A DNA stretch of 63,132 nucleotides, counting the filler, from Rhabdomonas costata (taxonomy: Eukaryota): assembly GCA_019059605.1 (NCBI GenBank). It is 47 parts of 47 records of this genome, joined end to end, with 100 filler letters (N's around TTAATTAATTAA, not from the genome) between each part and the next. Parts side by side here need not be neighbours in the genome. Positions count along the whole stretch, not along the records: positions 1 to 1,246 come from JAHMHO010022081.1; positions 1,347 to 2,590 come from JAHMHO010022082.1; positions 2,691 to 3,935 come from JAHMHO010022083.1; positions 4,036 to 5,281 come from JAHMHO010022084.1; positions 5,382 to 6,627 come from JAHMHO010022085.1; positions 6,728 to 7,973 come from JAHMHO010022086.1; positions 8,074 to 9,309 come from JAHMHO010022087.1; positions 9,410 to 10,655 come from JAHMHO010022088.1; 39 more parts are not named here. One strand, given 5' to 3'. The notes under the pieces were generated by a model, which saw only the letters and a list, made by a program, of their open reading frames with translations, searched no databases and was not told the origin of the DNA. Each line of letters begins with the position of its first letter. Position 1 is the stretch's first letter. Position numbers and translations under genes: made by a program. This document shows, piece after piece, positions 1 through 11,283 of this stretch.

Positions 1-257
1 TACCTGTTGAATCACTTGCTCTGGTTTCGTTGCGGGAGACCCACTAGAGCTGGAGATGACCGCTGAGATGGCAATCGAAAAACAATTGGGAAGAACAAGA
101 GTCTGGCTGTTTTTGTTACAGAGTTTCATTTTGCACCGGTACTTCCATTTAAAAGGGCCAACAGGAAGAAAGTGGAGAGGCACTGTTCTTGTGTGGATGT
201 GTGCATCGTCCTCATCCTTTTCCTCGCTTTTTTCTCGCAAACTTTGTACCGCCCCAG

Positions 258-369
258 CGTGCTCGTCGTGGAGTGCAAGTGGTTCTACGACAGTGTCCAT
301 CGCCTGCAGCAGGTGGACGTGTTGCCCCACCTTTACCCCAGCTGCTCTCCTGCGAAGGGATGCTCGTGA
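258..369 (+). CDS. Terminal exon, possible BRCT-domain C-terminal helix
   Basis: Polypyrimidine tract plus CAG acceptor at 255-257. VLVVECKWFYDSVHRLQQVDVLPHLY resembles the BRCT 'vV..eW..dS......d...y' motif. Confidence 0.4.
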
Positions 370-1246
370 GGTTTCCCAGGATTCGCATGGGGGCCTTTGT
401 TGATGTCTGTCCCCCCTTGGGACCTTTGCGGACGGCTAGCGGGGCACGAAGGCATACGACGTCCCAGGTGTGCTTCCCTTCCCCGTGCAACCGCCTCACC
501 TCCGCTAATAAGGCTCCTGCCGTTTTCAGAGCTCCTTGGGCGTGACGATTCTAGTCTCGTTTTGCCGTTATTGTCTTGCCAGTTGTTGTTGTAGCATTTC
601 CGTGAATTTGACTGTAAGCTTCCCCCCCTCTCTCGCTGTTCAGGTGGGTGCTGCCGTCGCTGAGATTTGAGCAGAAAGACGTACTGAGGGCTATGCGCAG
701 CCCAGTGGTCAACACTTAGTGCCAGTTACTACAATTGACTCTTTAGCCCGCTTGCCCAACGTCAGAAGCCGCCACAGTGCATGGCGCTGTGGTTGCTTCA
801 CGCTCGCATACGTGATGAGTCGTTACTGATATTTAATGTGACCGACTTTGTGTCGAAATGGCTTGTTGATTTGCCCCATCCGCGGAATCGTTTAGCAACT
901 GGTTATCAAAGGCGGCAGGACATGTATGCTCGAACGTTTTTGTGATTACAGCAAAGCAATTTTTGTTCTTTTGGTTACCAATGGGATAGAAGCTCAAAGG
1001 GCCCGCCGTTTTGGAACCGTTTTGGATTCTCAAGCGATGCCCACAACTTGGCATGCGTCCCTATTGTATCGCTTCTTCTGACGGTGTCTTGTCTCTTGGC
1101 TTGTCAGCGTGGCACTGCGCAGTACAGAAGACTTTCTCGGTTGGTTTTCTCCCAGGCGCGCCCACCAAATTCGCCGTTTGTTGATAACCAATCCTTCTTA
1201 CTCGCTCTCACAAGTACCATAGTTTTCCACAACTTCCCACAAAAAC

Positions 1247-1346
1247 NNNNNNNNNNNNNNNNNNNNNNNNNNNNNNNNNNNNNNNNNNNNTTAATTAATT
1301 AANNNNNNNNNNNNNNNNNNNNNNNNNNNNNNNNNNNNNNNNNNNN
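1247..1346. other. Artificial contig-joining spacer N44-TTAATTAATTAA-N44 (first instance; recurs about every 1.35 kb)
   Basis: Identical 100-nt spacer with stops in all six frames. Flanking segments are unrelated and nearly uniform in length (about 1.24 kb). Confidence 0.99.
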
Positions 1347-1897
1347 TGTTGTGGGGTGTAAGCTCCCGCATTGTGGGTCCGTGCACTGCCCCGCCAGGAA
1401 GGGCACGCACGCCAGCCGCCCACTGTCGTGCTTCTGTGTTGTTGTTGTTTTTGGCCCGTGCGGTGGGAAGGGACAGCGTGTACTGTTTGACCCAAAAGGA
1501 AGGGAAGAGTCACGTCCAAAAGGGCATCTCCTTAGGAGAGCATTGGAAGTTTTCTGGCTGAATGACTGATATTTCAGCTCTCTCTCTCTCCCTCTCTCCC
1601 CTTGGGTGAGTAATGTGGAAATAAGTTGTAGAGCGGATGGTGGGTCCCGCTAATGCCGAAGTCTTGGTGATAATATTCTCTCAATAAAGGGGAAAGAGGG
1701 TCCTCTCTTCGGCTCAGAACCCGTCTGATCGGCAGCGCCCAGAAACTCTCTCTATAAGAAGCAATCTTCGAGCCGAAGAAAATTGAGAAACAGCTGCATA
1801 AAAAAGGAGCATGATTGGAAGTGGCCCCCGAATTTCTTAATCAACCCACAGACAGGCTTGCGGCAAGTATGAAGGCTCAATCCAGGATAAGGCCCAC

Positions 1898-2152
1898 CTT
1901 GATGAAGCAGATCAGGAAGGCCGAGAGGTTCAGGATCTTGCTGAGATCCGTGGCAGCGACGCCCAAGAGGATGCGGTCCTGCTGCTGCACCGGCTTGCGG
2001 GCCAGGGTGCGCATCGCGGCCTCGTCGATGTGGTTCGGGGTGACACCCCAGAAGCGCTTCAGCGCGGCCCACCCCGCGGTGTGCGTGGCGCCTGCGGCGG
2101 GGTTGCCTCGCAGGAACTCCACCACCATCGCCGTCAGGCTGGGTGCGCGCAT
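1898..2152 (-). CDS. First exon of a protein with an hnRNP Q/R acidic (NURR)-like domain
   Basis: Strong GC3 bias. IDEAAMRTLARKPVQQQDRILLGVAATDLSKILNLSAFLICFIK aligns by eye with the hnRNP Q/R motif LDERA..AL......AL.VL......DLSHVQNKSAFLCGVMK. AAG|GTGGGC donor at 1897. Confidence 0.65.
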
Positions 2153-3299
2153 TAGGAGGTATGTATGTGTAAGTGTGCGGTGTGCGGTGTGGAAAATTCT
2201 GAAGGGCTCACTTTTCGGATATGTGCAAGTCCGTAGAAATGGTCACAAATCATCCTTGCTTTACTCGTCTTTTGCAGTGGGCGGGGAGAGGGAATAAACG
2301 AAGTTCTACGGAAGGGGTTAAGCTCGAGTAAACAGCTTAGCCACTGTGAGCAACTAAGGGGCTCTGACAACCTCCACTGGGGTAGCACAGTGACGCGGCA
2401 GAAAGCGCTGAGGAGGTGGGATTGGCTTCACCGGGAATAGTTGAAATGAGAATCATGTGGGTGTTATGCGTAGGGCAATGACACAGTGGTGGTGGTGGGG
2501 TGGAATATGGAATAAGGCCCGTGTCATCTCAAAAGTCCGAAGTAGGGGTAGACACACAGAGAAAGGACAAAAAGAGGCAAAAAAACCCCCNNNNNNNNNN
2601 NNNNNNNNNNNNNNNNNNNNNNNNNNNNNNNNNNTTAATTAATTAANNNNNNNNNNNNNNNNNNNNNNNNNNNNNNNNNNNNNNNNNNNNAGTTCTCACG
2701 GAAGTCGTTTCGGTTTGGGTTGGAATGGACCCCTGGGCAGCGAGAGTGTAAATTGCTCCCTGCAACCCCATTTTATTGTTGTCAATATTCGAGACTTTCG
2801 GGTCCTTGGGTATCAAGTGGTCATGCAGTCCGACGGGAAGTGACTGTACCCTTGCTTTGGCCAGGCACCCCTTAGTCTGGGACTGCGCTGGGAAAGCTCC
2901 GCGCTGCGGCGAAGTTTTGTGCTGGGCTAATAGCCCGAATGCCAACCTGATAACCCGCCTTTACACCTAAGATACGCTGAATGGCTTGCCGTCGGGGCTG
3001 CTGTTTGAGGCTTCTGACTCGGCAATATCCGCGGTCGATGATCGCATTGCACGGCAAGAATTACATGGAAAGACCTGAGATCTTGGTCCGACCCTCTCTG
3101 CTCCGCATCCCAAGGCATCCTGGATACCGGGACAAACGGGTCATGTGCATCCACCTCCAACCCCATGCAAAATTTTCAACGGAGATTCCAAGTCTTTTTT
3201 TTTTGGCGATTGCTAAGCAGAATGCGCAAATGCCTTTTGGGGGGGGGGTCTGTATAATATATCAGCACGCTCTCTGCTCCATCTGTTGTCTTCCCTCAG

Positions 3300-3609
3300 G
3301 TGTGGAGCAGCCCAGATGGCGCCAGGTGGACCCAATTGCTCTCCAATGCGCCCTTCGGAGGCCGCCAGAACCCAGCCTTGGTAACGCTTTACGGGAAGCT
3401 GTGGATGATGGGCGGGGACGCGACGTCGAGCGGGGCCTTCGCGGACGTGTGGAGCTCCACGGATGGGGTGAACTGGGCCAACCAGCCCGGAATGCCCAGC
3501 ACCCTGACGCTGTTTCCTGCCGCGGTAGTGGGCAACACGCTGTACGTCACCGGGGGCCTGAGCCCGTGCTGCTACAACCCCTCCTTGAACGTGGTGTACG
3601 CGCTCCAAT
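3300..3609 (+). CDS. Internal exon of a kelch-repeat beta-propeller protein with WSSxDGxxW motifs
   Basis: CAG acceptor at 3297-3299 and GTATGT donor at 3610. Kelch GG motifs (KLWMMGG, TLYVTGG) plus VWSSPDGARW and VWSSTDGVNW. Confidence 0.8.
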
Positions 3610-4200
3610 GTATGTGCCTAGAAAAATTATGCACGTGCTGGTCATGCTGAGTTGATGCAGTTGGGTGGTGCCTTGCTTTTGTGTATTTTTTTCTTCGTCC
3701 CGCGCTTTTGCCGGGCTTTCCTGGGCTGGTTAGCGCTGCGCTCCCAAATTCCATCCAATATCCGTCCAGCTCCGAGATTTCGGCCGACTGGGCATCTAAT
3801 GCCTGCATCCCCGATCGTTGCCTGCTTGTTTACCAAGAAGGGCTTCCGCCGCACCTTCCTCTTGCAATAAAACATCCGACACATTCGTAATTTTTGGTCC
3901 TTCGTCAATCATTCGGTCATTGTCCTCCCTCTCCCNNNNNNNNNNNNNNNNNNNNNNNNNNNNNNNNNNNNNNNNNNNNTTAATTAATTAANNNNNNNNN
4001 NNNNNNNNNNNNNNNNNNNNNNNNNNNNNNNNNNNTGTGTGTGGGGTCAAGCAGATGCCTGGTTGAGGACACAACTTGAGCAGTTACGAGACTTAAACTT
4101 AGAGACATATTTAATAGATAAGAAAGGTTTGTCTACCTCCAACACACACACACACACACAGCGCTTTGGGAGAGACCTGGCGGGTGGCCTGATCTCTCAC

Positions 4201-5210
4201 TGCCCTAGCAGGGGCGGTCATCAGGCAGCGGTTGAGCAGCACGTTCACCGCAAAGTACACCAGGCAGGCGCACGGCACGAACCACCCCGCGGCGCGCACC
4301 AGCATGGTCCAGAAGAAGAGCAGGCAGAACAGCTGTGGGGTTAGTCCGACGTACATCGGGCTGAGGGGAGAGGCGCAGGAATGGGCTGAAGGGAAGCGAG
4401 CCCGTCTATGGTATTGCGATGTTTGGTTTTGAACCGATGACACATGAGGGCCCGGTTAAGACGGAACGGAGGGGGGTTAACAAAGAGACTTTTTTTTTGG
4501 TTTTATAGCTCAAAAATATAACGCTCTCCTCATATGGCCGTTTAACGCCCCCCAATACGATTGTCCATTGTCCATTGTAAGCTTGCTTGTGTCTCTGGGT
4601 TAGGGCCTGGCGATGCAGCCAGCGAGTGAGTGCTCCTTTGGGCACTTGGTTAGGGAAGGTTCGCGAGTTGTACGGTGCACGAGAAGAAAAAATCCACGTA
4701 AGTGGCCCATTTCCCCCCCCAACCTGCCAAAGAGAAGGTGCATAAACTTCTCGCACAGCAGCTGCGCGTCCGTTGCGATGCGCTGGTCGGCATCTTCCTG
4801 CGAGTCAGAACGATCTCATCAATCATCAATCATCTCAACTTGTGGTTTATAAAAATTATCGCTGGCCTTCTGAGCTTTAAAACAGCCTTTTTCCGATTCT
4901 GTACGCTACCCAGGAGGTCGCAAACCATCCGAACCTCCGCACACTCTTCTTCAAAGCAAATAAATGGCCTTAATGTCACACAGGCCACAAGATGTCCTGG
5001 GCAAGTCTTGGACGCCATCTGAACGTGAATCCCCATCGACACGCGTGGCATTGTTTGCACGATGGGGAGAGGTGAGGTGGCTGTATGGGGCACTGAGAGG
5101 CAGAGTAGGGCGGGGATGGGGATGGGGCTACCATGACTTTGGTGTAGTCCACGATGTCGTAATACACCTTACCGCTTAGGTAGAGCTTGTTCAGAGTGGT
5201 GGCAAGGGTC
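4201..5210 (-). CDS. ABCD-family (ABCD4-like) ABC transporter membrane domain; exons 5210-5132, 4797-4724, 4332-4201 (an intervening exon is probably unresolved)
   Basis: The first two exons splice to TLATTLNKLYLSGKVYYDIVDYTKVM|EDADQRIATDAQLLCEKF, the ABCD 'Y....YY......DnpDQRI..D' motif. The third exon, FWTMLVRAAGWFVPCACLVYFAVNVLLNRCLM, resembles ABCD4 GWLGP...GYF.LGTVVNK.LM. Canonical splice sites, with ACTAAC before the third exon. Confidence 0.8.
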
Positions 5211-5394
5211 CTGCAACCCCCCTCTCCTCACCACTATTTTTACTCGTAACGGCGGTGTGAGTGTGAATAAGTGGGTGTGCGNNNNNNNNNNNNNNNNNNN
5301 NNNNNNNNNNNNNNNNNNNNNNNNNTTAATTAATTAANNNNNNNNNNNNNNNNNNNNNNNNNNNNNNNNNNNNNNNNNNNNTGTTTGTGGGCAG

Positions 5395-6385
5395 CAATTC
5401 CTTCCCAGCGGGTGGCCCACAATGGAAGGAATTGCTGTCCACAATTGCCACTAATGCAGCCGAGAAGGCAGCCGAGGAGGCTAAGAAAAGGTGCTCGTTT
5501 GCTCTGTTGAGGAACAGTTTGACGGACGGACGGGTTACCATCGGTTTTACCATCGATGAATTTTCTGTGTGGATCACATCTTTCACATCTATCACATCTT
5601 TCCATTGTTGGGTCTGCAGCCATCGGCTCTTCCTACCAAACAAATCGTATAACCGGGGTAGACAGCACGTATTCTGCACGTTAATTTCAGATTTCTGATA
5701 AAGCCGTGCCTTCAGGGGTAAAATGCTATGTAACAGGGAGCGGAAGGCAAAGGAAGCTGAGGGCTGGTGCATCGGACTGAGTTCGTTGCATGTTGTTTCA
5801 CCTCGCGGTTCTTTCTACCTTCTGGGTTCTTTTAACTTTCCTTCACGAAAATAGTTAGTTTATCCTTATAGTTTAGTTATCCTTGCAAGGTTTGTTGTGA
5901 TCATCGTCTAACTTTAATATTGGCACCCCCCCCCCAGCCCTCTATTCCAGCCAAAAAATCTTCCTGATCACGTGGTGAGTAGCATATCGTGCAAGTGTGT
6001 TTACGTTGTATTCGTGCAGAAAAGCTATTTCTGCCTGTGAACGCTTCGAGGGTTCAGCAGCGGATCAAGATGATGGACCCTCATCAAGGTGTCACCTATT
6101 CTCATTTTCTCTTTACAGTTGTCGTTGGACCTTCAGAGTATTAGCGCCTCAGACCAGACCCTACTTTGCGCAGTTCTCTGTTGGAACTCAATCCGAAATT
6201 GCCTTGAGAGTGTACATGTTGGTAATGTCCAGGGCTACTGATGTAGTTCTTATTGTGCTTCGTTTGGCAGAGATGAGGCAGAGGAGGATTCCGGTTATGA
6301 CATGGAGTTGCTGGCAAAGGAGGTCAAAGCCTTGGTGGCACGCGAAGATCACACTGATTTGGCCCTCGCTGCGCAACTGCTTGAG
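5395..6385 (+). CDS. Hypothetical protein fragment, exons about 5395-5490, 6020-6088, 6271-6385
   Basis: Three GT-AG bounded, phase-consistent exons give WKELLSTIATNAAEKAAEEAKK-RKAISACERFEGSAADQDDGPSS-RDEAEEDSGYDMELLAKEVKALVAREDHTDLALAAQLLE. Confidence 0.55.
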
Positions 6386-7489
6386 GTTCGTTCGTTTTTT
6401 CGTCCGTAATTTTCTCTGTTATATCATCCAGGTATTCCGTTTTACCTCTTGTCTGTAGATTTCATTGCTGGTTAAAATTCATTTGTGTACCTGCTATTTT
6501 GCAGTGGTACTTTACTGTTTATCAATCAACGCAGCCCTTCTTTCACGCAATGGTGCACTTGATTGACGCAAAAGTATCGAACGCGAACTCCCCGGCACGG
6601 TTTCTTTTCTTTCTGCCAAAACCCACANNNNNNNNNNNNNNNNNNNNNNNNNNNNNNNNNNNNNNNNNNNNTTAATTAATTAANNNNNNNNNNNNNNNNN
6701 NNNNNNNNNNNNNNNNNNNNNNNNNNNCCTGCGCATTTTGCGAAAGTGAATACAGTGTATGCCCGCCGATGGGAATGAATACGCGTGTGAAGATGGAGTG
6801 ATCAAGGGAAGAACGAAAATCGTACCACTGGATCTGCCCTCCCTGCGGAGCCCACCAAAGCCGTCAATCGCATCCTTTACAGGTGCAAGGGCTTTGGCGA
6901 GTGTACTACACCCCTGCCAATTGCAGGCTAATTGAACGTTGAAAAAGCAGGGAGGGTGCAGAACAGCACATAAGATCCCTTCTCTGCGAGAAAGGCAGCG
7001 GGGCATCGCGAGGGGCATCAAGAACAGCGATAAGAGGAACCTATCACGACACGGATGATGTGCACAAACCCAGAATGGCTGCGGAAAGCACATACTCGGG
7101 GAAAATTCTAGTCTCATCACACAACACAAACTCATGAGAAAACTCCATACCAATAAAGAACTTTGGGGGTGCACTGGTGCAACAACAAAGCCGAAGTGCC
7201 ACTCAGAATTGAGCAAAACAAAAGCCCAAAATCATGCGTGTGTGCTGTACCCGAAGCGCCCAGGAGGCACGCGCCCGAACACAAATGGAGAACCGGGTCA
7301 ACCTATTTTTCACAATGGATTCCGGGACAATGGCCAAGGGCGCCAAAGATTGTTCCACCATCGGGTGCACAAACAGGACACGGAAGATAGGAATCGCCAC
7401 AACCCAAGTGGCAAAAAATGGGAGGAAAGAAAGTGAACATGAAATCAAGGTGCCGGGCATGAAGGTGCTGGAGCCCGCGCTCAGTAGCT

Positions 7490-7666
7490 TTAGGGTAGCA
7501 TCGGCTTCAAAGCTGAGGGGGGAATGGCGGCGGCCGCCTCAGAGGAGGTCAGCACGAACTCCCCGTGGGTGGGCACGGAGCGCTCCCTCTCCAGCAGCCA
7601 CCGCGTCACCACCTGAAGCAGAAGGTCTCGGCTGACGGGCTTACTCAGGAAGGCGTTCATTCCGGC
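7490..7666 (-). CDS. Terminal exon: C-terminal end of a response-regulator receiver domain (hybrid histidine kinase type)
   Basis: AGMNAFLSKPVSRDLLLQVVTRWL is the typical 'aGM..fl.KP' receiver end. AAG acceptor at 7669-7667; stop at 7490. Confidence 0.8.
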   Translation of the reverse strand, partial: AGMNAFLSKPVSRDLLLQVVTRWLLERERSVPTHGEFVLTSSEAAAAIPPSALKPMLP

Positions 7667-8180
7667 CTTTGGTCGGGGAAGTGCAGATGAAAGCAGCAAG
7701 ACAACCAAGAGAGAAGACCGACAAAGATGGGAAGGCATCGGACGAGGTTAGCGAGGTTACTTCAAGCGCACATCCTGGCCCCAACAACCAGCATCAGGTT
7801 TCTCTCGTAGTCTGTGTGTGTGTGAGAGGGGGAGGCTGCGCAGTAAGTGTGGGATCGATCGAGGGCACCGGAGGGGATCAGTGGTGGGATCATCGTGCGC
7901 AGGTTTCCGTTGCGCTGATGACGTCCTGTTTCCCTCTCCATCGCTTGCGCGCTTGAGTGAGGCCAAACCCACANNNNNNNNNNNNNNNNNNNNNNNNNNN
8001 NNNNNNNNNNNNNNNNNTTAATTAATTAANNNNNNNNNNNNNNNNNNNNNNNNNNNNNNNNNNNNNNNNNNNNGGTTGTTGGGAGACAGCCACAGTGCTG
8101 CCCCTTGACACCAAGACGCGCGCGAGCCTCACGCACATGCCTGCGTCAACTCGAATTGCGCTCCCACTGCTGGGATGCAC

Positions 8181-8754
8181 CTGACCCTCGTCCAGCCAGC
8201 GCTCGTTGACGTGCAGCTTGAGGAAGGCCTTCAGCTGCTCCATGGAGCCCACTCCGTGGGCTCGCAGCCATGTCACGAACTCCGCCCAGAGCTCCTTGTT
8301 GGGCATGGCACTCGGCTGCGCACCTAGTAGGCGACAAAAGCAAGTTGCGGCGGAGGTGCTGGATTTCTTGAGGAGGACCCGCAGACATCCCATTCCAGCC
8401 GTGCGTGAAAGGGGGGAGCGGCCCCGGGGTTGCCCCAAAGCATCACGGCTGCTGTTGCGAAGAAAAAAAAACAGGAGACTACTTGGCGCTTAGGCGTGTT
8501 TCATCACGCACCGCCCCGAACCTCTTCGACCAGGCAAAAACAGGCGTGGCTCCTTTGCACGTGTCTCCCGGAAAAAAGAAATCACCGGAGGTGGAGGTCG
8601 ATCCCGACGGAGGCAGCAGGCTCCAGTCCGAGGAGTGCACGGATTGCCTGAGCTGCGCTAGCTCCGTCGAGCACTGCGTCAGCCTGGCTTGCAGCTGCTC
8701 GACGGTGCGGTCGCGCTCCTCCAGTTGCCGCCGCAACGCCTCGGCTTCGTTTGC
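8181..8754 (-). CDS. Coiled-coil hypothetical protein fragment, exons 8754-8586 and 8323-8181
   Basis: Phase-1-consistent GT-AG junction. EAEALRRQLEERDRTVEQLQARLTQCSTELAQLRQ shows a heptad pattern; GC3 bias. Confidence 0.65.
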
Positions 8755-9808
8755 CTGGGAGAGAATAAAGCGAACCTCACGGATAGGAGAGCAGTGAGAG
8801 TAGTGAGAGCCACAAAACTACACAATACGCTGGAAAAAGGAAGGGGGTGGGCTGAGGAAGACAGCGATACTAACAACACTAATCTACAAAAGGAAGCATC
8901 AGCAGTGTGTGAGTATGGACCACCTTTCCATCTGTCACCATCTTTCCTTGCGGAGGGCAGCCACAGAGCTCAAGGGCATCGTATAGTTTTTTCGCTGTTA
9001 CCTTTTCCTGGGGCTTGACACCCACCCACGCCTTGCACTACTGAACGGTAGGGACACGCGCGATAAGTGTCCCTCCCACCCAATCACCCATCCCACACAA
9101 ACCTTGTCTTGAGCCAGTTTCCATCCACCCAGCGTCGGACTTCCATTCCTGCTTCCAGGGTTTGAGATAGGCTGCATCCCCAACGGGCAAAAGCGCGGAG
9201 GATGCTCAGGTCAGCTCAGCTCCATTGGGGCGAGCGAGATCAGCAAATTTTCTCACAAAACAACAAAACGAAACACAAAAGCACCAGAGCAAAAGAGGGA
9301 CACCAAAAANNNNNNNNNNNNNNNNNNNNNNNNNNNNNNNNNNNNNNNNNNNNTTAATTAATTAANNNNNNNNNNNNNNNNNNNNNNNNNNNNNNNNNNN
9401 NNNNNNNNNGTGTGGGGGGGGGCTTTTTAAAGATCATCACTATCATCAGTGTGGATGAGTTGGTTTATAATGGCAGGCGTACTGTTGCCCAGAAGCGGGG
9501 CGATAAAGTCAGGTGATTTTTAGGTTGTTCCAGTGACAGAGCTGAGAGCAGAAACAGAATGATGAGCACGATGGGAAGTGGGATGGTGACGGCCAGAGTG
9601 TGCGCAGAGATATAGGGGTGTCGCGAACAGCGGAAATGAGCAACTGTGCTGGGCTGTGGCAGGAGTGAGTGTTGTGCATTTGTGATTCAAGTGAACATGC
9701 TTCTTCGAAATGAGAGAGGGACCAGCCGAGGACCAGCGCTGGTTTTTGGTTGACTAACGACAGTTGTATCACTTTTGAACTTTGTTGCTGTGCTCTTGCT
9801 ATTTGCAG

Positions 9809-10513
9809 TGCTCCGCCAGGTGCTGGAGCAGCAGTGTCTCCCCCACCTGGGCAGCCTCCATCAGGTCCATCTCGGTCCCTTTTATAAAATTGCTTGATTC
9901 ACTTTCTTCCTGTTTCTTCCAATCACGCCCCATGAATGCAGCGTTTTGGGCGCAGTATGTTCCATGAAACCGAGCTTCCTATTGTTAGGTGCTGGGGATG
10001 ATGCCATATTCCTCTCTCATCCGCGATTCAGGGGAGCCGACCCAACCTGCCGCTCCCGCTACGGCAGGTGCACCTCGAGAACTTTTTGTGGCCTCTGTTG
10101 CATGCGCTCACGTGTTCTTTTGCTTTGGAAATGACGTATGGACGCAAATCCGGTCTTCGTCTTGGCTAGGTCTTCTGGGCAATCATGCTCATCTATGCTG
10201 TTATTGATCCATTCAAGTGAAGGGTGCTCGGATCTCAGGTTAGTAAACGTAGGTAGCAGAGGTGAACCTCCTCTGTTACCTAGGTTTTTTAGGCTTTTTC
10301 ACCAGCCTTGCCTCTACATGTGGGGATGATTACTATTTGAAAGCATATAGCATATGTTTTTTTTGTTGTCCTGTATTGAACCTAGTTTTGCTGCCCCCCG
10401 CCGCTCCCTCCTCAGTGATCTGTCTTCCCGTCCTTCAGGCTATGTGCCCGGCTTTGCGAAGCCAAAGAAGGGCCCCTTTGGGATGTCCCGCAGCCCCTTT
10501 TCCTTCGGCGATG
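9809..10513 (+). CDS. Hypothetical protein, three short putative exons (about 9809-9864, 9989-10067, 10439-10513)
   Basis: Polypyrimidine plus AG acceptors and GT donors, phase-consistent. No recognisable domain. Confidence 0.35.
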
Positions 10514-11103
10514 GTTTGTGAGTCTCCTTCACCCCTACTAGTGTTCTTCCCTCGCCCTCACAGGCATTACCTCACATCCGCAAACAGAAACACAAGGCAT
10601 AGGTCCAAAAGACCACGTCTACCACGAGGAGGGAGCGGCGGGGGGCAACAAAACANNNNNNNNNNNNNNNNNNNNNNNNNNNNNNNNNNNNNNNNNNNNT
10701 TAATTAATTAANNNNNNNNNNNNNNNNNNNNNNNNNNNNNNNNNNNNNNNNNNNNCATCGAGAAGAAGGAGGCGGAGATGAAGTGCAGGGGGGAGGGAAG
10801 ATTTTGGAGGGGGAGCTGGAGGAATGCTAGAGGTGTGGCAGAGGCATGCCATGTCCTTAAAACGGCGGCTGTGGGTGTGCTGCAAGCAGTTCTCTGCTTT
10901 TGGCTTGCCGACACGCAGACGATTTTCTATTTTCGTTTCCGTTTTTTTGAATGTCGAGCAAAGTCAGAAGGCGCTCGGTATCGAAACCAACTCCGGTTAT
11001 TGTCTTTAAACCAGCTAAATGCAATGACGGGGAGGAGGTGATAGCACTCTCAATTTCAACGCTCTCATCTCGAGCCCAAAAACAACCCAAACTGAGTCCA
11101 TAC

Positions 11104-11283
11104 CTGTAAAGGGATTTGCAGCCTTTCCGCAATGTGAATGTGGGCCTCCACGGCTGGAGTGCTGAGAATCACGTCGGGCACGTACGGCTCCGAGCCAGAG
11201 CTCACGGTGCAGGCGAGGTAGGCGGAGTGGTAGGCCGCGTAACTGGACGATGCAGCGCACCCGAGAGCCGCTGGGCATGTATC
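11104..11283 (-). CDS. Exon of a sterol 3-beta-glucosyltransferase-like protein (GT1, UGT51/UGT80 type)
   Basis: PYVPDVILSTPAVEAHIHIAERLQIPLQ matches the 'F.aD.Iia.P...aHiH.AE.L.IPl' motif. 180-nt exon with CAG acceptor and GTATGG donor. Confidence 0.75.

Noticed and set aside
1291-1302. Regularly spaced TTAATTAATTAA as a biological repeat or CRISPR-like array
   Set aside because: Always embedded in identical N runs; it is an artificial six-frame-stop linker.
1815-2297. 160-aa plus-strand ORF and many similar 60-250 aa ORFs in the track
   Set aside because: Antisense or off-frame shadows of GC-rich exons, or chance ORFs running through introns.
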